Below, one piece after another: positions 12,570 through 25,399 of a stretch of 64,000 bases of DNA. The notes beneath the pieces are model-generated. The model was not told the origin of the DNA, searched no databases, and worked only from the letters and a program-made list of their open reading frames with translations. Source of the stretch: Raillietiella orientalis (taxonomy: Eukaryota); assembly GCA_036172245.1 (NCBI GenBank), contig JAYWIR010000036.1:1550001-1614000 (forward strand), written 5' to 3'. Each line of letters begins with the position of its first letter. The first letter of the stretch is position 1. The position numbers and the translations under genes were made by a program.

Positions 12570-14250
12570 GCGCCTGCATGGGTATCGCCTCTTATGACTC
12601 CTGGCCCAGGGGGGGGGAAGTTCCGGGAAGAAATCGGAGTAGGCTGCCTGCGCGCTGACCCCTCGGGCGTCCTCTGCATCCGTCACCGCGCAGATGCCTG
12701 CTGGAGGACCTACTCGGAGGAGGAAGGCAGCAGCACGTGGATCCGGGAAGGTCCCCAAGCCTTCGGGGGTAACACGAGAACCGGGGGAGGAGAAGACCAC
12801 GGGGTGAAGAGAAAGGCAAGAAGAGGGCCCGCTGCCCGTTTGGGCCATGGGTTCATCACAGCCAGGGATACCGCCAGGGGCAGATCGAGGCACAAGCACG
12901 CTCGGGACGTTTCTGGAATGGACGCGCGGCACCTTCCCCTCGGGAGAGCGCTCGGGTGCTCTCCCAGAGGGGAGAAGAAAACTGCCTCAGAAGACCCCGC
13001 CGGACAGTCAGAAAGCCCCTCAGCTCTCCAAGCAGGTGGTGCGCCGGAAGGCGGACATGGAGGGAGAGGGAGGCGGCTGAGGCCCAAAAGAGCAGCGGAA
13101 AGAGGGAAATGCGCCCCACCGAGGAATCAATGCCCGTCCGCGCGGGTGCCCTTTTTTTCTGAGGTTTTCCGCCACCTTCCGCTTCACCTGCGGGCCACGC
13201 AGTTGCTGCCGCGCTGCGGCAAGCTCCGAAAGCAGCTCGCACGCCGTCGCCACGAACAGCTGGTTGAGGGGCAGCGCATCCTATCGACCCTCGCCATGCG
13301 CGCCCACTTGCCCTCCTCGGCGCACAAAGTCCGAATGGCAAAGAGAAAAAGGGAAGGCGGGGGCTTTGGGTGAAGTGGCAGAGAGCGAGCGGAGGAGGGG
13401 GATGCAACCGATGTGCCCCCCCCCCCCCTCCCGCGGCGACCCAGCGTGCAAGAACGCCCCCGATCCCGACGGCGTCCCTCCATCCCTACCACTCCCAGCG
13501 GGGCGCGCGCCCCAGAGTCCCTGCCTGAAATCCGACCGGGCCGAGCGCCCTTTCGCTCCAGCTCTCTCAGACGCGGCGCAGCACCGGAGCGCCTCCTCCT
13601 TCCAGGCGTTTCCAGGAAAGATCCTGTTCCCATGAGAACCGGGATGGGGGGGGGACAATCTTCCAAATGCCGAGCGTGCCCTCGAGGAAGAGCGGAACGG
13701 GCGGGCAACAAAGGGAAGAGAGCCAGATGGTCCACCGCCTCCCGGCTCCTCTCCTTTCATCCCTACCGCGGCTCTCCACCCTCAGGAGAGCAGGGGCCAT
13801 GCAGACCTCCTGGAAAGGGGTGGGGACGGGGGTGGGAGCTCGCTGAGGAGGAGGGGCGACAGCTAGGGCTCGCACCTGCGCTCGGAGGCTCCGAAGCGAA
13901 GGGGCGCTCGAACGAGTGGAGCCAGGGAACGAAAGATGCGGTTGCCGAGCAACCCTCGAGGATGCTGTGGGACGGACCCTTTCTCGCCCGTGCTGCCCGA
14001 TTCCGAAGGACCATCTCGCCATCCGTGGGGAGAGGGGCAGTCCCTTTTTCATGATTAGGAGGCGCGTCGCGTGGCAATGCAGGATACCGGACCTACGGCC
14101 GGATGCCCCGGCGCAGGCACAGCGGATTGCTCTGGGCGATTGGGTGGGGTAGGGAGGTGGTACATTGGTCACCTTCTCCTCCCCGGCTCGCTCTCCGCTA
14201 TCCCGCTCCGGCGCCCCTCCCCCTTTTTTCTTTCATTCAGACTTGGCTTC
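12570..14250 (+). mobile_element. Decayed Tx1/L1-type LINE
   Basis: MGIASYD (ORF2 start-like), RADACWRTYSEEEGSSTWIRE (D...QET...W..EW), and later RMLWDG...P...G. Confidence 0.33.
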
Positions 14251-15499
14251 CGGCGTCCCGAGGGGGCGGGTGAGCGTCTTCAGCGAGACCCGAAAATGGG
14301 CAGGGGGAAGGTCCAGACCCCCCACACCTCCGGGGTGTCAGTCGGAGGCTTCTCTCCCCGCCATCCTGCATTTCTGCTCGGATCGCCTCATGTCTTCGAT
14401 GTTTCGTCCACCCGAGGCCTCGTCGCCCCTAGCGACGGAGGTCCCTCCTCGGGAACGGGGGATGAGACGAGTAGCGGGAGGACGGACCTTCGCGGACCCG
14501 GCTGCAGGCAGCCCACCCTCGGCCAGGCGAAGGCCCACGTCCCTCCTTCTCCGAGCGGGAGGTGCCGCTGCTGACGGTGACGGCGGCGTGGCGCGGGAAC
14601 GCGTGGCGGCCGAAGGTCCGCCCTGCCCACTCGCGCCCGCCCTTCTTCTCCGGGTGGCTCCCCGCGAGGGGAAGTCACTGCCTTCCGTGCGGGTGACCGA
14701 GGCTGGGACGCGCGCTGGGAGGCTGCTCTGCTCTGCGACATTCTCAGGAGTAGAGGGGGAGAGAGAATCATACCCGGGATACACGCGCGCTGTCTTTGCA
14801 AACTGCAGTCTGGCGGGCCTGCGAGCTCCTTCGGCACGGCCCTCTCGGGGAGTCCCGCAGGGAAAGAGTAGGGCTGCCCCGATCCCGCGAGGAAGGAGTC
14901 GGATGAAGTGGAGAGGGACCCGCGAAATCCTTCCTCCTGCCCATCCCGCGGAGAAAGGGCTCGAGGAGCGTGCTGTGGGCTGGGGACGGTCCAGGTCGGA
15001 TGCTGCTGTGACCGTTCCGCCATTGGCATCCATTCCTTCTCGACCTCGCTTCTTTCCCTTCCCTTCTGGCTGCCCGGGCCGCTCTCTGGAGCTTCTGGGA
15101 ACTCCCCGCGACACCAGGGTCCTGGGGGTCAGCGCTTCCGTGGCACTCAGGCGCGAGTCGCCGCCGCTTCCTCCCGGAGCCTTTCCGGGACTTCCTGCTC
15201 CTTCTCCCCCGTTTCACCCCCTGGTGTCTCTCTGCGGGCGTTGGGGCGGCAGGATGAATGCCTTCGCATGCGGACATCGCCCCCTCCCCACTTTCGGCAG
15301 ACCGAGCTGGGGGATCGGCCCTAGGAGCTCCTCGCGCCTCACTGAGGAACGCGGTAGGTCAGCCGCGACGAGCAGCCTCGAGGAGGAGCGCGTCCTTCGG
15401 AGGCGGGCAGGAGGGGCGAGGAGGTGATTGGAATCCGGGAGATCCCAGAAGGGAGGGCTTGGCTCCCCTTTCCGGAGAGGCTGAGCCGGCGGCCGCCTA

Positions 15500-16250
15500 G
15501 ATCCCGTGGGGGATGGGCAAGAGTCTTCTGGACACCACGCTCGGGTGCTTTCGGCTGCATTCCTGGGATATCGCTCGAGCACTGTCAAAAGTTTCCTCCG
15601 ACACTCGAAGGACAGCTTCTCCCCAACAGTGGGGCCGTGGGAGCGGTGTGACTCCAGGAGCGGGCGTCGAGAAGAAGCGGCTGGGCATCCCGAGGGACTC
15701 TCCGGGGGGAGCGCTGCATGGAATCCCCGCCACACGCGGGGCTGCAACACGTGCCAATGCGACACGCAGGAATGCCACATGCGGCAGGGATGGGTCCGGT
15801 GGGGACGCTCCCCGCGGGCAGACGGACCTGCGCAGAGTGGGAGAAGGGTCCCGCGCTGGGATGCTGTGCGTATCCTTCGCGTGTCTTCCCGATGGGGTGG
15901 CGTAGCTTCCCGTGCGGCATCTCTCCAGGAATGGACCGCGGCTGTCGCTGGTCTGCGAGGAAGCGGGGAGTCAACTCGGATCGCCCCGGGCAAGACTTCC
16001 CTTCGGGAGGACGGAAGGCATCGAGTGCAAGAGACTCTAGGAGGGTCGAAGGCCCTTCCAGTCAGCTCCCTCCAGCCCCCCTGGAGCAGGCTGCGGAAAG
16101 TGACCTCTTTCCTCGGCCCTTCCTCGCAGCTGCACCCTGATCTTCTAGGAAAGCCTGCGAAAATCGCTCTTGCAGCCACGCTAGGGTGGCAGGCGAGGGT
16201 CAGGAGCGATGTGGGAGGAAGGGAAGTGGGGGAGGGGGAAGGGTAGGACT
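15500..16250 (-). mobile_element. Ty3/gypsy RT-RNase H remnant
   Basis: FAGF...C...KEVTFRS (AG..L...KC...V.FLG), AFDPPRV...P...EV, HWHVLQ, EKLSFECRRKLLTVL (E.NYS..E.ELLAV). Confidence 0.4.
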
Positions 16251-17079
16251 TCCGGAGGAGTTCCGGATGCTTTCGGTGGCCCAATTTTGGGACCGCTCCA
16301 CAGAAGGGTGTGTGGGGGCTGAAGGCCCATCCCTCTTGAGCCAGTGTCGCGACCCGCTACTCTGTCCTGGTCAGAGGCGTCCGTGCTGTCGTAGGACCCG
16401 GGGTCATGGATAGGGTGAGAATTGGCCGCCGACCCTTTTCAACTGCCGTTCTCTCCACTCTTCCGCCCCTCGGGCTTTGCGCAGGAGGAGCGCGATCTCC
16501 GCATCCCGGGAAGGAGGGGCAGACGGGGCCCACACCCCAAGGGCAGGGACTCAGCTCCTGCAGTGTTGTAAGAGAGGTGCCAGCCGCCTCCTCCCTGTTC
16601 TCTTGCCGTTTCTCCCGGAGATGAAGGGGACGCAGGGATTGCTCCAAGGAGATCTGAAACCTTTCCGGGACTTTGCTCTCCCGCCACTTTGCCCGAAATA
16701 CGGGTGCAGCGGCGGCAGTAGGGGGACCTCGTAGGACCAGGGGCTTCCATCCCTCATCTCTCCTATCCTTTTTGAGCGTGCTGGGACACTCCCCGATCGC
16801 ATGCGGAACAATGCACGGCCCTGCCTCCCCATTAACCCTTCGTCCGTCGCTGTCAGGAGCTTCAGGGATCACGTTCGCAGGAGTTGGCAGCGCCCCCTCC
16901 AGGCAAAGGCGTTGCCGCCAGGCCGCAGGGAGGATCCGGCAAGACACCAGCCGCCTACCTCCTCGTCCCTCTCCGCAGACCACAGCAGCCCCCCGGAGGA
17001 AGTGACCTGCTGCCTTCTCCCCCCTGCGCGGGATCAGTGGGAGTTCCCTTTCGCCACTCCCACTAGCCAGTGGTGTCCG

Positions 17080-17320
17080 CTTCTCCTCCTCTTCTCCCTA
17101 CCTCCTCCTCCTCTTCCCTTCCCCTTCCTCTTCTTTCTCCTCATCTTCTGTGCCTCACTTCTCTTTCTCCTCCTCCTCTTCCTTCCTTCCCTCCCACTTC
17201 CTCATCCTCCGCCCCTTCCCTCCCCCTCCCCCTTTCCTTTTCTCCTCCTCTTCCTGTTCCTTCCACCTCTTCGTCTTCCGCATTTCATTCTTCCTCACCC
17301 TGTTTCCCTCTTTTCTTCCT
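17080..17320 (+). repeat. Long polypyrimidine/polypurine tract
   Basis: About 240 nt that are nearly all C/T on the plus strand. Confidence 0.9.
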
Positions 17321-18189
17321 CCGGGATGAGTGATGCGGTTCCGAAGGTTTCCTTCCCGGAGAACCAGCCCGCTGTATTCCTGGATCCGTTTATAAATACC
17401 GGTGATGGCCGTCTTGCACTCGGGATAAACAATCACTCAGCCGCTCCCGCGGGCGTTTTGACACGCAGCCGCGAGCGCGCGCGGCAGTCAGGGCGCTGTG
17501 CCCCTCCCGTTGCCCTGCCGCCCGTCTCCCGTGCCTATTTCGAGAACGTTCTATTTATACTGCTGCGCCGATCCTGCCGCGCGCAGTCCCGCTTCCGGCC
17601 GGTGGAGAGCGGCGCTGGGACGCTGCGTACGCCTAGGTGCTCCTCGTCCTCTCCGGGAGGTGGAAGTGGGCCGAGAGGAGGTGCGCTTTCCGCTTCCGGG
17701 AAGGCAGCCGTCCGGTGCCGCGCGCCTCTCCCCTCCGGCTGTCACCGACTCGCCGTTTCCTTCCGCACGTCATCGAGGCCCGCGTCCCTGGCAACGCTCC
17801 CCCCTCCCTCCCTCGAGCCCGAGGGTCGGTTTAAGAGAGCCCAGAGGCTGCTCCTCCGGGAGCGCGCCCTGCTGCTTCAGGAAGACTCGTCTGCCCGGGC
17901 TCGTCCGCTGCTGACTCCTGAAGAGCGCCAGCGGGCAGGCGCATCTGCCAGCTTTAGCCGCGGGGCGTGCCGGTCTCGTCGCCTGTGTTGGATGGCAGCT
18001 GTCGCTGTCCTGAGGTCTTCAGGGGGGAAGGGGTTGATATGGGAAACTCTCCGGACTCCAGTGCGCCGGCGCCCATCTTCGCCTTCCTGGTGCCTGCAGG
18101 GACGCGCGAGGACGCTCAGAGGACTCTCGGGGACAACGGGACGAATCCTCGTCGCCTCACCGCGATGATGGAGGATGGGGGGAAGAAAG

Positions 18190-18890
18190 GGAAAACTCTC
18201 ACAGAGAAGTCTCCGAGCCGGTGCGGGGCACCCACAGGTCAGCGGGTACAGGAGAATCGGTGGAGCCACCTGACCCCATCCCTCCTCCCCGTGGACAAAC
18301 TGTCCCTCCTGGAGGAGGATTCTGCACCTCTCCGTCATGTGCGCCCCTCCCTGAAGGCGGCGCCGGTCCAGAGTTACGCCCCCAGGTGCTTCCGGGTCTG
18401 GAAGTAGCCCCTTGGGGGCATCTTTGAAGGGCGCCTCTAGGTCTGTTCCACTCCCTGTCCTCCTAGGACGCTCGTCCACCCGCCCTTCCCGCCTTGCGGG
18501 GACGCGCCGAGTCTCGCCGCCTCCTCCCCGCTCTTGCTGCTCTCGCCCTGCGTTCGTGGTCCGCTCTTCTAGAGCGCGCCAGTGGGGCTGTGCGCCCCGG
18601 GCGAGGGAGTCGGGGAAACGCCCCAAGGGGAGTGGGCGTGGTGGGTGCCTCTTGGCCCTGTCCCTCCATCCACCCGGCGCCACCAGGTGGCATTCTGTCC
18701 TCTCTCGCCGTCTCCGCTGGCGCGCGCCCTGATCTCTCTGGGGATGACTTTGGTCATCGAGCCCGATCGTGAGGAACCGCGCGATTCCCCGGGAGGGGTG
18801 GCGCGCAGCGAAGGTGCACAAGGATTTCCCCGTCCGCTTTCAACGCCCCTGGGACCTGCGCGGTCCTCCGAGGTGCGTCACATGACCTGA
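18190..18890 (+). mobile_element. Decayed Tx1/L1-type LINE RT
   Basis: EKSPSRCGAP...RWSHLTPSLLPV..LSL (KSPG.DG.P...W..L...L..V), QSYAP (NYRP), ISLGMTLVIEP. Confidence 0.45.
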
Positions 18891-18934
18891 CCAGCGAGGG
18901 AACGGTCTCGTGGGATCGCGCGGGCGGCTCGTCG

Positions 18935-19530
18935 GTGCCCGCCTCTTCCATCATCGTCATTGCAGTCGTCACCGGCGTCTCCTCTGGAATCAGCGCCTTC
19001 AGCGGTGCTTTGTGCTATTTCGGTCACTGCCGCTACCTTTGCTGCCGCAATGGTTACCGTGGTTGTGTGAATGCCACTGACGTCGGCATCGGCGCCGTCA
19101 GCGTCAGCGTCCGCAGTCGCCGTCGCTGCCACAGAAGCTGCCGTCCGCTAGTGAACCGATCATCGACATGGCCGCCAGAGTCGTCACTATCACCACTGCC
19201 GTCCTTCTTCCTTATCACTGCCGTTCTCATGATCATCGGGAACAACGCTGAGCACCATCGTCATCATTGTAGATTCGCTGCCCCATCATAGTGAGCATCC
19301 GCCATCATCATTGTCATCATTCTCTCTGTCGCCGCCGGTGCCAGCACTGTCGCCGTCGACAGCTCCTTCTGTCGCCCCGTCTCACGGCTGTCGCTCTCAT
19401 CGCCATCCATCATCGTCGCCGTTGTCATCCGCACCGTCGCTGCCTTGGTCCTTATCGACGCTCGATCGTCGCTGCCACCACCGTTGCCTCGGACGACGGC
19501 AGCGGCGGCGACGACGACGATGACGACGAT
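18935..19530 (+). repeat. Cryptic trinucleotide (CAT/CGT/CGC/CAC) low-complexity tract
   Basis: Runs such as catcatcgtcat, cgccgtcgctgcc and gacgacgacgatgacgacgat. Confidence 0.75.
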
Positions 19531-20069
19531 GTGGCGCGCGCGCTGGGAGACCCCGGCTGCGCCCGCTCGCCTGCGGCTTCCCGGGACACGCGGCTCCTGG
19601 CATTATCCGACAGTTTCCGCGAGCCTTCGAGCCCTGCCTCCAGAGTGCAGGCCCCCGGGATGGAGCCTCCTCCTGCTCCACCGCCGCGCCCGTCGCGACC
19701 CCCATCTCCGGCAACGGCCGGAAGCAGGCAGATCCGGAGCGGGTGGGCGGAGCGAACTCCCCTGAGCACTGTTGAGCGTTCATACCATGGAAACCGCTAA
19801 GTGGCGGGCGCCGCGTCTCACAAGGAACCGAAAGGCGGACTCTTTCTCAGGCTTGCCATTCGCGGAACATTCATTTACGCAGAAATAAAAAATATATCGA
19901 TGTTTACTGATACCATTTGCCTTTGTACAAGTGTACAACACGTTGATGCTAAATACACGAATCCATAGCGGCGAGTCTTTCCGAATGCATCCGATCGCAT
20001 GAGTCTGTGATGCTGCAAGAAGCATATGATATGAATGCCTCCCGTCGTTCAGGTGACCATGGTACGAAC

Positions 20070-21120
20070 GTACAGTTAGTCTCCAAGAAACTTCGATCCT
20101 GGCAAACGAGAGCTCTCGTTCCTGATTACGCTGACATGGGGCTGTCGTTCGAGAGCACCGTTGCTATGCAGCCGTGCGTGACGACGCTTGGAGACGGGTG
20201 CCATTTCATCCGCGTCGATCTTGCAGTTCCGTGGTATGGGCTGAGATCTTCGTGCATCATCGCAAGAGACCGCTGCTGCGACCCACGACGCGACGGCATT
20301 TCAGGCACCAGCTGGTCAGGCGGCCGGCAGGAAAGCCGCGCGCGGGCTCGCGGGCAGGAAGGGCGGCTGACCGCGCCGGAAAAGCGTTCCGGCCAGTGGT
20401 TCGGCTCCTCGTGGCTCCCGGAAGCCCCAGTTCCGGCAATCGCCGGAGGGTGGATGGACGTGTTGCTGCCGGGCGGTCAGGTCGCGGGTCGTCACCGTCT
20501 GCGCGGCTCGGGACCGTCTGAAGATGGTCGGTGGCGCCGGGAGTCTCGGGTACCCCGACTCCAGGAGGGAGGTGTCCTGCCTCCTGGAGACACGGAAAAT
20601 TTCAAAGGTTCCCTGGTCACTGCCCTTTCTCTGGGCGTCTGCGGACAACCCTGGGGCTACTCGAGGGAAGGAGAGAGTCTCCAGCTTCGAACTCGGGCGG
20701 GGGAACGGCTGGGGAGGTTTCCCGCTCGATCCCTGGCGACGGCCTCTCTGGGCGTCCTTCAAGAGGGTGAGTCCACGGGCTCATCGGCAGCTCCCTCTCT
20801 CTTGGGAGAATTCTTCCCCACGCCGCTGGCGCCAGGTCAGGGAACGTGCCACTCCCTGCTCTCGAGGGGCAGCCCGGTAAGGATACACAGAGGGCATTGG
20901 GGCGAAGAGCTCCTTCCTGCGTTCCTCCTTAAGTCGATCGATGGGTCGCGGGAATGCGCGCAGAACGACGGTGACAGGGAGATGTGCACATGTGTTCTGG
21001 ACACCCGCGCAGGAGTGCACCAACACAAACGAGCACGTGGGTGATGCAGGTGCGGCCAGTGATTGTGCCAGGACCCGTAAGGCGGATACTTCCAGACGGA
21101 TGGGGACGCGGTCAGGATGA
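20070..21120 (+). mobile_element. Ty3/gypsy pol remnant (RT, RNase H and integrase motifs, heavily deleted)
   Basis: VQLVSKK...RALVPDY, TTLGDGCHFIRVDL (L.G...FS.IDL), WMDVLLPG (YLDDIL), ENFKGSLVTALSLG (LK..L.SAPVL), IHRGHWG (integrase HHCC) and a frameshifted D-C-A-G-P. Confidence 0.55.
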
Positions 21121-22539
21121 ACGCGAGAGCAGACGGGAGGGAGCAGGTCAGTCGTTTCCGTCCCAAGTCGTCTCCGAGGAAAGCCGGGATGCGCGCGGAA
21201 TCCGCAGGCAGGGAAGACGTCGGAATTGCCCTTCGTGGGGCAGTTACCCGTTCTAGCCCCTCGGAGGAGACAGCCTAGGATCTCTCCCCCCCTCCCCCGC
21301 CATTTTCCCTCCTCCCCGCTGTTTCACGCCACCACGGGCGATCCTGCCTTCCCGCGCTCTCGCGACGGCGCCCGCTCGGCCTCGGTGGTGCTGCGCCGAC
21401 CCCCACCATGTCCCAGGGTGGAGACGCCTGCCACGCGCTTTTCCCCGGCAGCGGGCCGGAGGAGATGGGGCACCTGGAAACCCTCCTTCGTAAGCACATC
21501 CTCGCAGCGCCCAGCGAGGACACCGCGCGTCCAGCCGCGAACTGCGCACCGCCTGGGCTGCTGGTAGGTGGCAGCAGTGTACGCCGCACCTCTCGACGCT
21601 GATTGGCCCGTCCGCCGCCTCGCCAGAAGGAAAGGGGGGAAAGAGAGCGTTTCCTAGAAAACCATCTGACGCCACTCAGGCCGGAGGTTGGTTGTCGCCA
21701 TTTTTGCGCGTACTCGACGCGCGACTTCTGCTGGCCCAAACACAGGTCGCTCCAGGGATTGAGGCGGGGACGCTTCCAGGAGGGAAAAAAAAGCTGACCC
21801 TCTCTCGCGCCCGCTCCCTCCTGCCCCTCCCTGCCTCTCCAGAGAATTCACGCTGACCGTCTCCAGAAGACGCACCGGATAGGGCGCGCCAGTAACCACC
21901 GTCGGCGCTCGGACACGAACGGACGGGAGCGCGCGTGACCAAGGCCACGCGTGAGTCTCCCGAGACCCCTCAGAGCGAGGCGAGGAGCTACCCGGAGCTT
22001 CTCGCGCTTACCCAAGCCGCGCCGCCTCTGGATCACCACGCCTTCCTCCCCGGAAGCGTCGTCTAGCAACCTCCGTGCAGCTCGGTTCCTGCTCTTCCCT
22101 GCCCCTCTCGCGCCTCTTCGGGGTTCGCAGGCGCGCACCTCCTGTCAGAGGACGGGCTCGGGCTTGCCAACGTGGATCGCCCCGCGGGATCGGGAGCGAC
22201 CCATCCCGGCAGGCCGGGTCGGCCATCACGAGATCTCACGTTCTCCCCTCCTCTCCGGAAGGGTCCTTTCCTGGCGTGAAGCTGCGAACCTCCACATGAG
22301 ATCGGCGGGGGTGCGCATCGTCCTCGACGAGCGGAGGCCTCCTGAGCTGCTCCTGCCCAACTCGTCCACTGCCCCGAGGGCCCCTTTTAACCCTTCCTGT
22401 CAGGAGCGGAAGTGCTGAGGAAGCTGACCCGTCCTCGATCGCCGGCGCTCGCCGTTCGCGTGCACGGTCCGGGGCGGAGGGGCACCTGCATCCCTCAGAA
22501 GTGAAGTGAAGCGGCACATCCCCACCTCCTCTTTCCGGT

Positions 22540-22900
22540 CGCCATCGTAGCCCACCGACAGCACCGCCACCACCATCTGCATCATCGTCTCCACTGCCTC
22601 CACAACCACCAGCATCGTCATCTTCATCAACGTCGCCGTGGTCGTCATTGCCAGCACGACCACCGAGGTCCGCGCACGTGTGCCGCGCACGCAGCAGCCA
22701 CACGACCGCCAGCGCGGGCAATGGAGCCATCAACCACCCATCATCGTCGTGTGATCGTCATAGCCACCCCCCATCAATACGACCGCTAGTAGCGTCATCG
22801 TCACCAGCACGACTACCTGGTCGTGACCACTTCCACTGGGCATCATGAACCACCTATAGTCGTTGCCATCTCGGTCAAGACGACCACCGGTACCACGTCG
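22540..22900 (+). repeat. Cryptic trinucleotide (CAT/CGT/CAC) low-complexity tract
   Basis: caccaccatc, catcatcgtc, catcgtcatcttcatc; same strand bias as 18935-19530. Confidence 0.75.
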
Positions 22901-23149
22901 TCCGGAGCCATCGCCTTCTCCTCCCCCTCTCCGGGTTCAGCCTCCCCTGGGAGTACCCTGAGCGAGTCTCCTCTCTGGTAACCCACGAGTTCGACGGTCC
23001 TCCAGCGCTGACGGCTCCGGGACAGCTGAAGAGATGGTCTCGAGGGGATCGCGCGGTCTTCGGCGGCCCTGCCCCGGCCCGCAAGGGCCTGCTCGGGGAA
23101 TGGGTTCAAGCCAAGAGACAGCAGACGGCCTGGGGCGCGGCCCGCCGGC

Positions 23150-24200
23150 CCGCCCTCACCGCGTGGCATCGTTCCAGGAAAGAACCCGCCACCTTCCGGG
23201 GGTTGCCCGGGTTTCCCGTCTTCCACCTCATCCTGAGGCCCCTCTTCGGGGAAGAAAGGGGGCGAAGAGTTGGTGAGAGCGACGGCCGGCTGGCTCGCGC
23301 ATGCCCAGGCGCGTCCGGGAACTTCCGGGGTCGTCCGGAGCAGGGCGAGGAGTTCGAGGCCGGCGTGGGTGACCTGACGAAGAGCTGGACACGAGCACGA
23401 CGCTCATGGGGAGGTTCGCGCTGGGCACGGAATTTTAGGAAATCTCGGGTGGCATTTGACCTCGAGCTTCCGGGAAGCAGGCGTGAGGGTCGGAACGTGT
23501 CCCTATAGGAGCCCCCCTATCTTCCACGCCTCCCACGCAGCCAGTCCGCGCTGTCCCTGGTGGGTGGGGAGGGACCGAGCGACTCCGCAGGGGTCCGCGA
23601 ACCGCAGGTGACGGCCGCCGCACGGGAGGTGGTCCCGATGCTGCCCAGCGCACACCCTAGCCCTCGGCGAGGGGTTGTGTTGGATCGCCCCCAGGATCAA
23701 GGTCGCCCTCCTCCTGGATCACCATGCCATCTGTTCAACGGGAAGGGATAGAATTTTTTCAAAGAGGGAAGAGCCGGCTCGTGACGGCCCGCAGTCCTCT
23801 CTGGGGATGCAATTAGGAGGGAGGGTCGGTGGACGACTGGGGGAGTAAGGAGTGAGTGCCCAAGGGTCCTCGTCGATCGGAGAAGGGGTGGAATGAACCT
23901 CGCCTCCGGTCGGCCCACGATCGTCTGGAGGTTCCCTCGTTCCCTGGGTCTCAGAGTTGGCTATTCCAATGCCCTGCTTGTGGGTTGGCCCCACCGCCCC
24001 TCGCAAGCAGCGAAGGCGGTCGGCGGACAGCTGAGCGTTTCCTCAGGAGGACCCATGATGGGAAACAGCAGCATCCGGGGGCCGCGGCACCTGGGAGATC
24101 CCTGCCGCTCGGAAGGAGCGCATGTGTCAGGATAGCAGTAGCTACCCTGAAGCATTCGCCCCTGACGCTCCCGCATTAGCGGGTGCACTCGCCACCCACC
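23150..24200 (+). mobile_element. Decayed Tx1/L1-type LINE RT and C-terminal region
   Basis: GGCPGFPVFHLILRPL (QGCPLSP.LF....EPL), GVGDLT (ADDLT), PSPRRGVVLD (also PPSRGVVLD at ~43590). Confidence 0.4.
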
Positions 24201-24260
24201 CCACTCCCGTTGAGGAGCGTGGCGGCGCTCCTCGCTTCTATGTGATGATGGCGACCGAGG

Positions 24261-24321
24261 TGCTGCTGCTGCTGCTGAAGAAGAAGAGGAGGAGGAGGAG
24301 GAGCAGCAGCAGTAGCAGCAG
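24261..24321 (+). repeat. Compound microsatellite (TGC)n(AAG)n(AGG)n(AGC)n
   Basis: tgctgctgctgctgctgaagaagaagaggaggaggaggaggagcagcagcagtagcagcag. Confidence 0.9.
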
Positions 24322-25399
24322 GAGTGCCAGTGGTGTTGGGGGAGGTCTCTTCCCAGCGCACCGAGGTGGCAGCGTTCTGTTGACGACGAAGGGGGGAGGC
24401 GCCGGGACGTCGAGTCTTCCCCGGCAAGATCCCTAATCCTCCGAGGATCCCGAACAAAGCGTCTTGGTGCAGTTTTGTACGAGGTCATGAGACGGGTTTG
24501 GTCACCCCCTCGAGGCAGCGTGACTCCCCCTCGACGCAGGTGCACGAAGAGACGCATGGCGCTCCTAGCGGTCTTGGGCCGAGCCCTGGGATCCATGCGC
24601 GCCGTCCTGGAGCTCGCCGAAAGAACGTTCCCGTAGGCGTTCAATGGCGCCGGATCTTCCCGTGAAACGCCGACCCGACACGCCTTTCCTCTCGAGCGGG
24701 CTGCAGGGGTGCCACCCGAGGCGCTTTTCCCGTCCGCCATGACCGCGGCTCCTGAGGACGGGCTGCTTTCCCGGCGGCTGCACAGAGGCGCGACGGGTCG
24801 TGGGTGACCCGGACTCTGAAAACGCGGGTCGGGGAAGAGGAGGTGGAGGCTGCCAGCTAACCGGGAACGGAGGCGGTGGCGGCTCCAAGGAGGCAGCGCC
24901 GCCACCCACGGAGGCAGAGCGTGGTCCATGTTCCGGACTCGAGCCCCTTCTTCCTCCCGCGCCCTTCCTTTCTAGCTCAGGACGCCCCCACGCTTGGGAG
25001 ACCGAGAGAGGTCATCGGCTTTGCCCCCGGCTCACTCCCATCGAGAGGAAGAGCCACCGTCCGGCCTCCCGCGCCTTCCCTTTCCAGTGTCCCGGCTCCT
25101 CCTCCCGGTTGCCCCTCCCGCCGCTCCATCTCCTGCGACTGCAGGCTCTTCGGGAAAGAGGCTTTCGGGATGCCCCTCGGTTCCCAAGGCAATGGCCTGC
25201 TTCCATCCGGCGTCCCCTTATTGCGAACAGTTTGTCCGGCGCTGGGATTCCGGTCATCCCTGACGACCTCCTCCTTGGGGTGGGGGGTGGGGGTGGGGGT
25301 GCGCGCCACCGGGAAGCGGCCGGTCATCCAGGACTTGGAGGAGGATGCAAGGCTGGAGGACAGGTAGGGGGGGGAGACCTCGGGAAACGTTCCTCAGGG

